Assembly: GCF_004010195.1 (NCBI RefSeq) | Contig: NC_057728.1 | Coordinates: 41,954,844-42,018,843, forward strand | From: Chiloscyllium plagiosum | Lineage: Eukaryota | Direction: 5' to 3' | DNA length: 64,000 nt | Shown: positions 41,687 to 53,704 of the stretch, piece by piece | Numbering within the stretch: position 1 is the stretch's first letter | Layout: the number at the start of each line of letters is the position of its first letter | Program-made: the position numbers and the translations under genes | Notes under the pieces: model-generated | The model's database searches: none | Told to the model about the DNA's origin: nothing | The model's input: only the letters and a program-made list of their open reading frames with translations

Positions 41687-42260
41687 TATGATATATTATG
41701 GACCAGGCCAGAACCCCTGAAAAAATTTCAAGAAGGTAGCCCAGACTCTAACTTTTTCTTATTTTAAAGGCAGATGTGGACTGAATATTCCAGGTGTGAT
41801 GCAGTTGGTCAAACGATTTGGCTTTAAGCAAAACTGAATTTATGTAAAGACTTCAGGTGAAACATGAACAAAAGAAAACAGAATTTAGAATAACTTCACT
41901 ATTTGAAAACCCAGCCGACTTGATACCGCAACTTAATTAGGAGCTGTTCCAATTCCTGCTATATCCCATAAACACATCTCTTGGCAAGAGGCAAATTCAA
42001 ACTCAGGTTTTTACAGGCAGGAGAGATTTCAGAGAGAAAGCCAGTCAGGAACCATCTGCTGAAGCTTGGAACATTTCTCCACTGCAAGCACTTCTCTGCT
42101 ACAACTATAAAAACTAGAAAAAAAAACCTGAACTGGGAGAACTGGCCATTGTTAAAATAGGTTTTACCCAGACATTTCTGCACCTCTGCCTTTATGATCT
42201 CTGCTTTATAAAAAAAACTCAAGGACAGAATAACCTTGTTAAAAGGGCAGTATCATCACA
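41687..42260. mobile_element. probable solo LTR
   Basis: ~570-bp insert in CR1 with T(a/g)TGAT...ATCACA inverted termini. Confidence 0.55.
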
Positions 42261-42639
42261 GTTTTGAGGAGAGATTATATAAATTAGGCTTTTTTTTGAG
42301 AATTTACAAAGGTAAGGGGAGATCTGATTGAAGCCTTCAAGATATTAATTGTTTGGGGAATCTAGAACAAGGGAACATAATCCGAGAATTAGGGCGAGAC
42401 AGCTAAGGACAGGTCTTAGGAGGCACTTTCACACATAAAGGATGGTAGTTGTTTGGAATGTTCTTCCACAAACAGCGGTGGATGTTCAACCAAATATTAA
42501 TTTTAAATATGAGATAGATAATTTTTTGTTAAGCAAAGGTATTAAGAGATATGACAGGTGTATGGAGTTAGATCACAGATCAGCCATGATCTCACTGAAT
42601 GGTATATCAGGGTTGGGGAGGGGGGGATGTTAAATGGGG

Positions 42640-42862
42640 TAAAAACAATGATTGCAGATGCTGGAAACCAGACTCTGGATCAATGGTGCCGGAAGAGCAC
42701 AGCAGTTCAGGCAGCATCCGAGGACAGGCAAAATCGACGTTTCGGGCAAAAGCCCTTCATCAGGAATAAAGGCAGAGAGCCTGAAGCGTGGAGAGATAAG
42801 CTAGAGGAGGGTGGGGGTGGGGAGAGAGTAGCATAGAGTACAATAGGTCAATGGGGGAGGAG
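42640..42862 (-). mobile_element. Penelope pLTR fragment (same family as 5969-7296) with intact hammerhead core
   Basis: Reverse complement of ~7110-7295; CTGATGA-AGGGC-TTTT-GCCC-GAAAC-GTC at 42763-42736. Confidence 0.85.
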
Positions 42863-43405
42863 GGCCTACTCCTGTTCCTAATGTTCTTATACAGAGTTCT
42901 AAATCACCACTAACTTACAAAGAAGAGCTTTCTGACATTTAAAGTGCTTCTCTTTATTAAAAACAAACAAACAGAAAACTTTGAAATACTCAGAGGGCAT
43001 ACCTCACCCATAGGGACAGAAACAGACTCAATGCTTCAGATTGAGGATGTTACATCAGTACTAGAAAAAGTCAGAAATGTAATTGTTTTAAACAAGGACA
43101 TGAGAAAGGGAGGTTTATGACAGCGTTAAAAACAAGAGAGATTAAATGATCACAGAGATACTAGGCAAAAAGTGTATATGTATGGACAAAGTGTTAATGA
43201 GGAAATGCAGAGCCATTACCAAACATTTCAGAAGCCCATTGCAGTGATTGGAGCCTCACAGACCATGAGATTCTTGATCGGGGTTGTTAATCTGGGTCAA
43301 TCAGGAAAATCCTGGCTGACCACACAAAAAAATACAATCCAAAAAAATCTATGGTTTGAGGCACCAAATGAATTCCTTTATTCTTCTAAACAGAATTAAA
43401 AAAAA

Positions 43406-44070
43406 ATAACCAGTAGACAGCTGTTCAGGGAGAGGTGGGCACCGGAGGGAGTGGAGTGTTTTATTTCCTCCTCCAACTCTATTTTGATTTATTCACTGCC
43501 ATTCCCTTCACTTTTTTCATTACGTGATATTGCCCTTTGATGTGAAGGGCACTGCTTGTCACTGGCCACTCGGATATTTCCTTTCTTCCTGGTAGTGAAA
43601 ACTGAATAAAGATTTGTACACCTGTTGTTGTTCACTGTGTCCTACACCTGCACACACACGACGTAGGTGCTGGGGAAAATATAAGCACTACCGCAGTTAG
43701 GTGGTAGTGTGGGGGAAAATATATTTAAAAAATAACCAGCAGACAGCTGTTCAGGAAGAGATGGGCACCGCAGGGAGTGGAGTGTTTTATTTCCCCCTCC
43801 AACTCTATTTTGATTTAATCCCTGCCCTCCCCTCACTTTTTTGATCACGCAGCATTGCCCTTTGATGAGAAGGACACTGCTTGTCACTGGCCACTTGGGT
43901 GTTTCCATTCTTCCTGGTGGTGGAAATTGAATAAAGATTTGTACACTGGTTGTCTTTCACTGTATCTCACACCTGCGCACACACACAACATGGATGCTGG
44001 GGAAAATGTAGCACTACTGCTGCTATGCGGTAGTGTGGGGAGAAAATAAAAAATATATAACCAGCAGACA
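43406..44070 (+). mobile_element. tandem pair (~326 bp units) of Tx1/L1-clade-like 3' ends
   Basis: Each unit encodes LFR(E/K)RWAP(E/Q)GVECFISxSNSILI (TAA in unit 2), then has AATAAA, a terminal hairpin and an A-rich tail. A 14-mer ataaccagyagaca occurs at 43406, 43732 and 44057. Confidence 0.65.
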
Positions 44071-44090
44071 CATACTAAAATTGGAATGAT
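44064..44090 (+). pseudogene. U6 snRNA-like 5' fragment
   Basis: cacatactaaaattggaatgat versus U6 catatactaaaattggaacgat (20/22); not a full gene. Confidence 0.5.
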
Positions 44091-44099
44091 GTAGACACG

Positions 44100-46871
44100 G
44101 AACATAGAAAAGTACAGCACACAACAGGCCCTTCAGCCCACGATGTTATGTCAAGGATTATTCCTAAACTAAAATAAAGTAACCTTACCTACACACCCCT
44201 CTATTCACTGCTGTCCATGGGCATGCCCAGCAGTCGCTCAAATGTCCCTAATGACTCTGCTTCCACCACCACGCTGGCAACACAACCCATGCATTCACAA
44301 CTCTCTGCGTAAAGAACCTACTTCTGACATCTCCTCTATACCTTCCTCCTAATATCTTAAAACTATGATGCCTCGTCCCAGTCAATCCTGCCCTGAGGAA
44401 AAGTCTCTGGCTATTGACTCTATCCACGCCTCTCATTACCTTGTATACCTCAATCAGTTCACCTCTCTTTCCCCTTCTCTCCAGAGAGAAATGTTTGAGC
44501 TTAGTCAACCTCTCTTCGTAAGACAAGCCCTCCAGTCCACGCAGCATCCTGGTAAACCTTCTTTGCACCTTCTCCAAAGCCTCTGTATCTTTCCTCCAAT
44601 AGGGTGACAAGAACAGGACACAACGTTCCAAATGTCGTCTCACCAGGGTCTTGATGAGCTGCAGCAAAACCTCGCGGCTCGTAAACTTGATCCCCCTGTT
44701 AATGAAAGCCAAGATACCATATGCTTACTTAACAACCCTATCCACTTGGGTGGCAACTTTGAGGGATCTATGGACTTGAACACCCAGATCTCTCTGTTCC
44801 TCCACACTACCAAGGATCCTGTCTTAATCCTATATTCAGCATTCAAGTTTGACCTGCCAAAATGCAGCACTTCACATTTATCCCGGTTGAACTCCATCTG
44901 CCATTTCTCAGCCCAGCTCTGCATCCTGTCTTTGTTGTGCTGCAGCCTACAACAGCCCTTGATACTATCAATGGCACCTCCAATCGTTGTGTCATCAGAA
45001 AATTTACTAACCCACCCCTCAACCTCCTCATCCAAGTCATTTATAAAAACTACAAAGAGCAGATGCCCAAGAACAGAGGCCTGTGGGACGCGACTCACCA
45101 CCGACCTCTAGGCAGAATACTTTCCATCTACAATCACTCTCTGTCTTCTGTCAGCCAACCAATTCTGAATCCAGACAGCTAAATCTCCCAGTATCCCATA
45201 CCTCCTGACTTTATGAATGAGCCTACCATGGGGAACCTTATCAAATGCCTTGCTGAAGTCCATATACACCACATCCACTGCTTGACCTTTGTCAACCTGT
45301 CTCGTCACCTCCTCAAAGAACTCAATAAGATTTGAGAGGTATGACCTGTCCCTCACAAAGCCATGCTGACTGCCTTTAATCCTGCTATGCTTTTCCAAAT
45401 AGACATAAATCCTATCCCTCAGAATTCTTTCCAAAACCTTGCTGACCACAGACGTAAGACTAACTGGTCTGTAATTGCCAGGGATTTTCCTATTACCCTT
45501 CTTGAAAAGAGGAACAACATTTGCCTCCCTCCAATCCTCCAGTATGACTCCTGTGGAGAGTAAGGAAGCAAAGATCTTTGCCAGCGGCTTAGCAACCTCC
45601 TTTCTCGCTTCCCAGAGCAACCTAGGATAAATCTGGTCTGGCCCTGGGGACTTTTCAATCTTAATACTTGCCAAAATTTCCAGCACATCAACTTCATCAA
45701 TCTTGATCTGTTCAAACTTGTTTCCCAGCTCCTCAAAGTTCTCATTCATAACAAGATCCCTCTCCTTAGTGAAAAACTCATTTAGGGCTTCCTCTATCTG
45801 CTCAGACACCATGCACAAGTTCCCTACGGTATCCCTGATCGGCCATACCTTTTTCCTGATCATTCTCTTATTCCTTACGTATGAGTAAAATGCCTTTGGG
45901 TTCTCCCTAATCCTCTTTGCCAAGCCTTTTTCGTGCCCTCTCCTGGCTCTCCTCAGTCCATTTCTAGCAAGCCTGTAATCCTCTAAAGCTGTGCTAGTAC
46001 CTTGCCTCTCCACCTTACGTAAGCTGCCTTCTTCCTTTTGACGAGAAACTCCTCTGTTCTCATCATCCAAGGCTCCTTCTTGCCTGTCCCAGGGGAACAA
46101 ATTTGTGCATCACTCGCAACAACTGCTCCTTAAACAGTCTCCACATGTCTGCGGTGCCCTATCTGTGGAACAATTGCTCCCAAACTGTGCCCCCCAACTC
46201 CTGTCTGTTAGCATCATAATTTTCTTTTTCCCAATTAAATATCTTCCCTTGAAAACTGCTCCTATCCCTCTCCATGGCTATCATAAATGTGAGGCAGTTG
46301 TGGTCACTGTCACCAAAGTGTTCTCCCAAATCCGATCGTTGCTGAGCACCAAATCCAAAATGACCTCTCCCCTCATCGGTCTGTCTACATACTGAGTAAG
46401 GAAACACTCCTGAACACACCTGACAAAAACGGCTCCATCCAAATTAACTGCACTAAGGAGGTTCCAGTCAATCTTGGGAAAGTTGACGTCACCCATAACA
46501 ACAACCCTGCTACATCTGCATTTTTCCAAAATCTGCTGGCCTATGAGTTCTTCAATCTCTCCACTGCTGTTAAGGGGTCTGTAGAAAACCCCCAATGACT
46601 TGGCTGATCTCTTGCTGTTCTTAACTTCCACCCATACTGACTCAATAGACAAACCTTCCTTGACAACCTTCGTTTCTGTAGCTGTGATGCACTCTCTGAT
46701 TAGCAATGCTACACCCCTCCTCTTTTTCCACCCTCCCTGTGCTTTTTAAACATTCTAAACCCTGGAACATCTCGCAACCATTCCTGCCCCTGTGAAACCA
46801 CGTCTCCGTTATGACCACAACATCATAGTCCCAAGTACTGATCCATGCTCTAAGTTCATCACTCTTATTTC
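44100..46871 (-). mobile_element. CR1/HER1 LINE, near-complete ORF2 (APE endonuclease + RT), frameshifted
   Basis: GVFYRP, VMGDVNFP, LDLVL and GDSDH endonuclease motifs; NYRPVSLTS, DFSKAFDKVPH and SKFSDDT RT motifs; 3' tail at ~44100. Confidence 0.95.
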
Positions 46872-49054
46872 GATATAAGCAGCAGATGAAAATCCTCTCC
46901 GTTCAGGAGACTGACTCTGTGCTGGCTGGGCCACAGTTGGTGTGTCACTGGTCCCGTTGGTTGCTGCTTTTGTTTTGGGAGAACCTGCTTTCTAAACTGG
47001 CATTCCTATTTTATTGAGGACTGATTTCTAAACTGCCTGATCGACACAGTCAATGTGTTTCAGATGTAACTCAGTTCTCATTATGGCACTGTTGTTTCAC
47101 TGGCTGGTTACAGTCTGTGTTGCTCTTTTCCTTTTGTGAAAAGGACTATGATGATTTTGCAGGAGGGCTTAGCCCTTGCACTCTGTTTTTTTTGCATGTG
47201 TTTTTTGGTCTGGCATTTTCTTGGTGGATTAGATCTCTGTAAAGACTGAATATCTGTGTATGTGGTGGCATTTGCTGCATCCTGGAGTGGACCAAACCCC
47301 TGTGAGTTAACTGCACTTTTACAATGTACTGTGTTCTTATAGTGGGCCTGGAGACTGAACATCTGTGTGTGTGTGTATATGTGTGTGTTGTGGGGTGTGT
47401 ATTTGCTGCCTTCAAGAGTGGACTCTGCCCTCAGTTGTGGACTGTGTTTTTGGCAGTGGACTCTGCAGTTTGGAGGGGACTCTCATTCTGACAGTGCACT
47501 TTTGTATACTACAGTGGACTTTGTTCCTGGGAATCGAGTCTACATTTTGAAGAGAACTGATAATGGTATTTAACTCTGTACCAGAAGGGATTCTATTTGT
47601 TGATAATTGATTGACTGTGTCTTGTTGCTTGTTGAGTTTATCACCTGCACTGTCTTGTGTGTCCCTGGGTCTAGCAGGCCTCACTGTGAGTTGGGAGGCT
47701 CATAGATCGTCCTGAGAGCTGGTGGGTGTGTAGGCCGTCCTGTGAACTACAAGGTGGGTTGGCAGCCCTGAAAACTGGAAGGTGGGTAGGCCATCCCGAT
47801 GCCTGTCATCCTGAGCCGGAAAGTTGGTAGGCTGTTCTGACTGCTGTCGTCCTGAGGAGGAGTAATTGAGAATGGGCTGTCCTAGAGTTTGGACAGTGTG
47901 TCAGAGTGGCCGAGAGGTCACCCCTGTGATTTATCAGGCAAATCTTTTGAAGATAAAGGATAATAAAATTGAGGACAAGTTTTTAACAACCTTTGAATTA
48001 AGAAATGGCAAACCCTGGAAAATATGCAGCAGTATTGGTAAACAATCACAAGGGTGTTTGTAATATGTGAAATATCACTGCACCTTTCTCAGCTTATTGC
48101 ACGCATCCTTCATAAACTCTTAGATTCATAAACTCTGCATAAACTTAAATTGCAGTTAGACCAATCTGCAAAGGGGAGAAATAAAAGTTGCTCGAACTCA
48201 AAAATCTCTTAACAAATATTCTTAACTTATAGCCCGCAAACTACTCATTTTACTATCAACAGCAGTATTTCATCTAAGCATTTTGCAGTTCAAGCCATTC
48301 TCTCCAAACAGAGCTTAAAGTTTGGAAGGACAAATGCTGTAATTGTAATGCTGGATGTCTTTTGGCTAAAGTGTACATAATAACTTTCACTTATCATTAA
48401 ATTTCACTGACAACTCTGAAATTCAATCCAACCTGCAATATTGTGCTCATTGATAATTCCCAGTACTGTACATATTGGATCAATGTAATTTTCAAGCATA
48501 TGCCCTGCATGTTGCCCAATTGCAAGGTACCAACCAAATCTATGACCTGTATGGTAATGATCCACATTAGAAGCCTCACTTGTAAAACTACTTTTTTGAA
48601 TTTAACCAAATTTATTAAATGATTTTTCATGAATATTTTAAGTGCAAATCATATTTCTGGTGCCTTAAAAAAGAACAATTTTTTTTTCTTTTCCTACTTC
48701 TATGCAGGCCTTGGAACATTTTTGACAATGCTTTTATCATTTAAGAACCTGTCAAGAGTGTCACTTTACATTTTGTAGCATGTCCAACCAACCAGGCCAG
48801 GAAGATGGAAACTTCAATCACTGGAAAATGTTGCTTCATCTAATTTTATTGCTAAATGGGAATGGGATAGTCAGTTTTAGAAAAGCTGGAATAAAAAAAA
48901 CCTCATAAACCACCACCAAGGATTCCTTTTCATATCGCTATTATTCAACATAAATATTTACAGATTCAAAGACACTCTGTGATGCTTCATGAACTAATTG
49001 AATATCCTGCAGATGTTGATTATAAACCATTCAGCTGTAATTCAATTGAACAAG

Positions 49055-49315
49055 ATAGTCATAGAAATGTACAGCACGGAAACTGACCCTTCAGTCCAAC
49101 TCGTCCATACTGACCAGATATCCGAACCCAACCTAGTCCCATCTGCTAGCACCTGGCACATAACCCTCCAAACTCTTCCTATTCATATACCCATCCAGAT
49201 GCCTTTTAAACATTGCAATCGTACTAGCCTCCACCACTTCCTCTGGCAGCTCATCCCATACACATGCCACCCTCTGCATGAAAAAGTTGCCCCGTAGGTC
49301 TCTTTTATATCGTTC
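49055..49315 (-). mobile_element. CR1 3' end
   Basis: 3' UTR similar to that of 16040-16462. Confidence 0.8.
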
Positions 49316-50049
49316 CCGTCTATTGGAAGATCATCACTACGCATGGAACCATATGCTGCCACTGTCTTCAGTTAGAGAAAATTAAAATGGGAAAACAAAT
49401 GCAGTAATTATCCCATTATCAACATGAGTGATTATCGGAACAAATGGAAACTGGGAGAAATAAAGGTTGTCAAACATAAAATATTTTTAGTACCTTATGC
49501 TAAACTGAATAATCAATGTGAAACACCTCACTTTATCATAATATATTTTCACATACATTATAAGCAGTAGAATAAAAGTTTATACAATCAAAAGCAGAGA
49601 GCACTTTTACACTCACACTTTCAGTTTAGTTGGACTAATGATCTGTATTTCCCATTTAGACTTTCTTCCAAATATAATACATATTTAATTAACATTCGAT
49701 GAGCTGAAATACAGTTGCTGAATTTGGAATAGGCTGAGTCAGATCTGCATATGTGCCTAGTGAATTCCATGGTTAACCTGGATTTTGACTTCTGTGAGTG
49801 TAATTTGGTTTCGTTCCATTGATTTAATGCAAACTTAATAGGAGGGGAAGTATTTACAAATAATTCAATGGATACAACAACCATTGGAATAACGTTTAGT
49901 TGGGGGTGAAGCACAAATTAAAACTTAGCAGGCCTAGGGTTCATGAAGTTTTCATACTGGTGTTCAGCTAAAGAAAGAAACAAGAGGCTCTGCTAATACC
50001 TGGCCCTGACAATGAGATCAAGTTTCTGCTATGTTTATTTATGGAAGCT

Positions 50050-50720
50050 TTCAATAGCTGCAGCAATAACCAAAAGCGACCTTCTGTATCTCTCCCAAAT
50101 GTGTTGCGGCAGTACATCCTCTGCGCTGGCAGCATCCGAGCGAACGTCAATGTGAGCCATAGGATGAGCAAGGAGCTCCACCACTAGGCCTGAGCGAACT
50201 GCTCAAGCTGCGAAGGGAAAGGGTTACCGGAGCAAGAGCAAAATCAGAAACAAATAACAATCACACAGCTCTGAAATTAGAAACAATAACATCGTTTTTC
50301 AAATGAAAAGGAAGAAAAGAAGCGTACTGGCCGGACATTTGCTCACACTCTAAAAAGTCGACTCGTTTGTTTATCTTCAGAACTCCCCGAGCTAGCCACA
50401 GTTATTAAGCCTGTCCAGGAGCCGCCAGCGCTCACACCACAGACCAATTTGTTTCGAGTGTTCATCTCGGGGCCCCTTACCTGGCGCTTGGACTGCAAAC
50501 AAGCTCAAAAGCAACAGAATAATGACAAAAAGATGAGGACGGTCGACTCCGCTCCGACTCATTGACTTCTTCCTCTCAGCTCCTCTGTTGGTTAGATAAT
50601 ACATCAAGAAGCACTGTGGGAAATTCCTCTACCCTGCAACTCCAAATATGACCATTGGACAGAGGCCACCGTTCATGGCCCTCTTATTTGCCAACGTTTT
50701 TGCTAATGTCTTCGACAAAA
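50050..50720 (-). promoter_or_regulatory. CpG-enriched promoter/first-exon region of MSRB3
   Basis: Many retained CpGs in non-repeat DNA around exon 1, against CpG depletion elsewhere. Minus-strand CCAAT at 50654-50658 and a near-CArG box CCAAATATGA at 50642-50651. Confidence 0.55.
50481..50562 (-). CDS. MSRB3: MSRB3 exon 1 coding part: putative ER signal peptide MSRSGVDRPHLFVIILLLLSLFAVQAP-(G), phase 1 end
   Basis: ATG at 50562, basic N-region plus hydrophobic core, consensus donor CAG|GTAAGG at 50481/50480. 82 nt = 27 codons + 1, so it joins exon 882-990 in frame. Lies in the most CpG-rich non-repeat part of the window. An in-frame upstream ATG at 50604 is possible. Confidence 0.8.
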
Positions 50721-51419
50721 AAAATTGTGGCTATGTTTGGCTAAAGAGAGGCTCTAGCCTAAGAATTAGGTCGATTCGTTTTAATGCAGGCAAAGGGTTT
50801 GTGAATTAAAAAGGAAATGTTCTGTACCATATCTAATATAAGCCTTTCTTTATAAATTATGACAATTTAGTTTTATATAAAAATTACTCCAGTGATACAT
50901 GTCTTTTTACCAACTTCAGTATAGCAACTTCTTAAATAAAGGTAAAGGAAATTAACTATTGAAATAAACTTTTTGGCGAATTTTCAATTCCTGCAACAGC
51001 CTAGTCTCAAGTTTCGACTTTGAAGATGTGGCAGTGGATATTGAGGCATTGTGTTTTTGCAGGAAGTGTTAAAATTTTAAATATGCTTAAAAGTTATGTA
51101 AAATAGTTTATTGTTACAGCACCTTTAACAATGCTTCACAAGATCACAAGGCAATTAGTCAAAGGAGGTACAGGGACAGAAAAAATGATCAGAGTGGTTT
51201 TAAGGGGCATCAAAAATATGGTGAGACATGCAAAGCGGTATAGAGGCTTCAACAGATTTTTGATTGATAAGGGTTGCAGAGCTGGACAAAGCTACAGAGT
51301 ATGGAAAGATGATACTGTGGTGGGATTCAAACACAAAGATGAGACTTTAAAAACTGAGGCCAATGACTGTCCAGAAGCAGATGGATAATGGTTGTATGGG
51401 ACTTCACATAAGGCAGTAA

Positions 51420-52640
51420 AAGTTTTAGGTGAGCCAATCATAATTGACATATTAATTATTGGAGTTCTTTAAAAATGTAACCATCAGGGTAAATAAAGGG
51501 GAACCAATAGACATTGTATATTTGGATTTCAAAAGGCAGTCAATACGGTGCCACTTGAAAGATTACTACACAAGGGACAAGCATGTAGTGTCAGGGATAA
51601 TATATGCATTAGCATTGATAGAGGACTTGTGAACTAACAGAAAGTAGAGAGTTGGGATAATCATTTAGATTTGCAAACTGAAAACCAATAAGCTGTGGCA
51701 AGAATCAGAGCTGGGCCCTCAACTATTCCTGGTCCATATTAAAATGACTTGTATGAAGGCTCTGCAATCCTGTATGAAGGCTCTGTCAAACTTAGCTCAT
51801 CAAACTCTGTGATTCTCTGAAACTTGCTTTTTGTGCACTTCCAAGTTCTTTCTCTGATAATAATCAGGGGTGGGCCCCCCACATTCTGATGTTTCCTACT
51901 TAGACCTCTGCATTAATCAGCATCTCTTCCCATACTTTTGATTATAAATCAAATTTGTGACAATATGAAGATGGTTAGAAAGAAAGTTCTGAGGAGGATA
52001 TAAACAGTGATTTAGATAAATATTGGGCAAAATTTTGACAGAAGGAGTATAACGTGGGAAATTATAAGGTTGCCCATTTGCAAGGAAGAAGAGAAATGAA
52101 GCATGCCCACAGAATGCCATGGTACAGAGGGACCCTATTATCTTTTTGTATTAAATACAAAAGATCTGTATGCAGATACTGCAAGTAACGAGTATGACAA
52201 ACAGAATGTTGCCCTTTATTGCAGTGAAAGTTACTTATGCAAGGAGGGAAGTCTAGCTATCACTACATTGGTAAGACCACACCTAAAGTACGGTCTGTTT
52301 GTGTAAGAAGGGATATACTTGGATTGGAAGCAGTCCAATTTGAGGAATTTACTAATCTGATGCTTATGAGGAAACTTTGAACTGGTTGTACCTCTACTCA
52401 TTAAAGTTTAGAAGAATGAAAGGTAATCTTATTGAGACATAAGATTCTGTGGGGGCTTCAAGGATAGGTGCAGAGAAAATGTTCTCCACATGGGACACTG
52501 TATCAAAAATAATTTAAGACACAGACAAAGAGGATTTTTTTTTCTTGCAGAATGTTGTTAGTGTTTGGAATTCTCTCCCCTCCTTAGCAAGCAGTAGAGG
52601 CTAGGTCAATGGATATATTCAAAGCTGTTTCGGACAGACT
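51420..52640 (+). mobile_element. highly decayed CR1
   Basis: YLDF.K and LVRPHL remnants. Confidence 0.7.
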
Positions 52641-52667
52641 TGTTTTTGGCATTGGACATTTGACCTT

Positions 52668-52960
52668 GAGCAGCACGTTGGATCAGTGGTCAGCACTGCT
52701 GCCTCAAAGTACTACGGACCTGGGTTGGACTCCACTCTCAGGCAACTGTCCGTGTGGAGTTTTCACAAACTCCCCATGTCTGACAAGCTTTCCTCTGGGT
52801 CTCTGGTTTCCTCCCAGAGTCCAACGATGTGCAAGTTGGGTGGTTTGGCCATGGGAACTGCAGGGTTACAGAGATAGGGTAGGGGTTGGTTTGGGGTCTT
52901 CAGGGGTCGATGAGCTGAATATCCTGCTTCCACACTGTATGATTATATGATTCTATGACT
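52668..52960 (+). mobile_element. HE1-type tRNA-derived SINE (decayed)
   Basis: tRNA-like head, central domain and CR1-like tail; homologous to 58302-58624. Confidence 0.8.
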
Positions 52961-53525
52961 AGAAGACCATAGGATATAGGAACAGAAGTAGACCATTCAG
53001 CCTATTGAGTCTTCTCCACGATTCAATGTGATAATGGTTGATCTGATAATAATTCCACTTTCCTGTCTTACCCATGTAACTGTGTGAAAGAAGTTGTCCC
53101 TTAGGTTCCTTTTATAACTTTCCCCTCTCACCTTAAATCTATGCCTTCTAGTTTTGGAAACATCTACCCTCAGGAAAAGACAATATCTATGCCCCTTGTG
53201 ATTTTATAAACCTCTATATAAACTTATTATAACTCAAACCTTCCAGTGTTGGTAATATCTTTGTCAATCCTTTTGCATCCATTCCCAGTTTACTAACATC
53301 CTTCCTATAAGAGGGTGACAAGAAATGTACGCAGTACTCCAGATGTGGCCTTACCAATGTCCTGTAGAGCTGTAACATAATGACCCGACTTCTGTACTCA
53401 ATGCCTTGACCGAGAACAACAAGTGTGCCAATTACCTTCTTAACCACCCTGTCTACCTGGGATGCCACTTTCAAGGAACTATGTACCTGAACCCCTAGGT
53501 CTATCTGTTTGACAACACTCCCCTC
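52960..53525 (-). mobile_element. CR1 fragments
   Basis: LYRTLVRPHLEYCVHF motif and 3' UTR pieces. Confidence 0.8.
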
Positions 53526-53704
53526 AAAAGTTCATTTCACTTGAGGTGAAGCTGTACCATAGATCTTACTTTTGCAGGATTGTTTATTTGGAGTTGGATG
53601 AACAATCTCAAGTTTTCTTGACTACTAGTGAAAAAAACTCACCCAACCCTCTCCAGAGCTGCCACTACCTGGCTGTCTGCCAAAGGACAGGAATCTTTCT
53701 TCCA

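Larger units (their letters stand above)
41605..42890 (+). mobile_element. CR1 3' part interrupted by a solo LTR and a Penelope fragment
   Basis: CR1 sequence resumes across both inserts (ggacttaaggggt...gttttgaggagaga; ...ggcctactcctgttcc). Confidence 0.75.

Noticed and set aside
1517..42862. Systematic inactivation of sense-strand hammerheads in MSRB3 introns
   Set aside because: Too few copies, many changes are ordinary CpG decay, and the 42736-42763 sense copy is intact.
44064..44100. Functional U6 snRNA gene
   Set aside because: Only about 25 nt of similarity; the ACAGAGA box and 3' half are missing.
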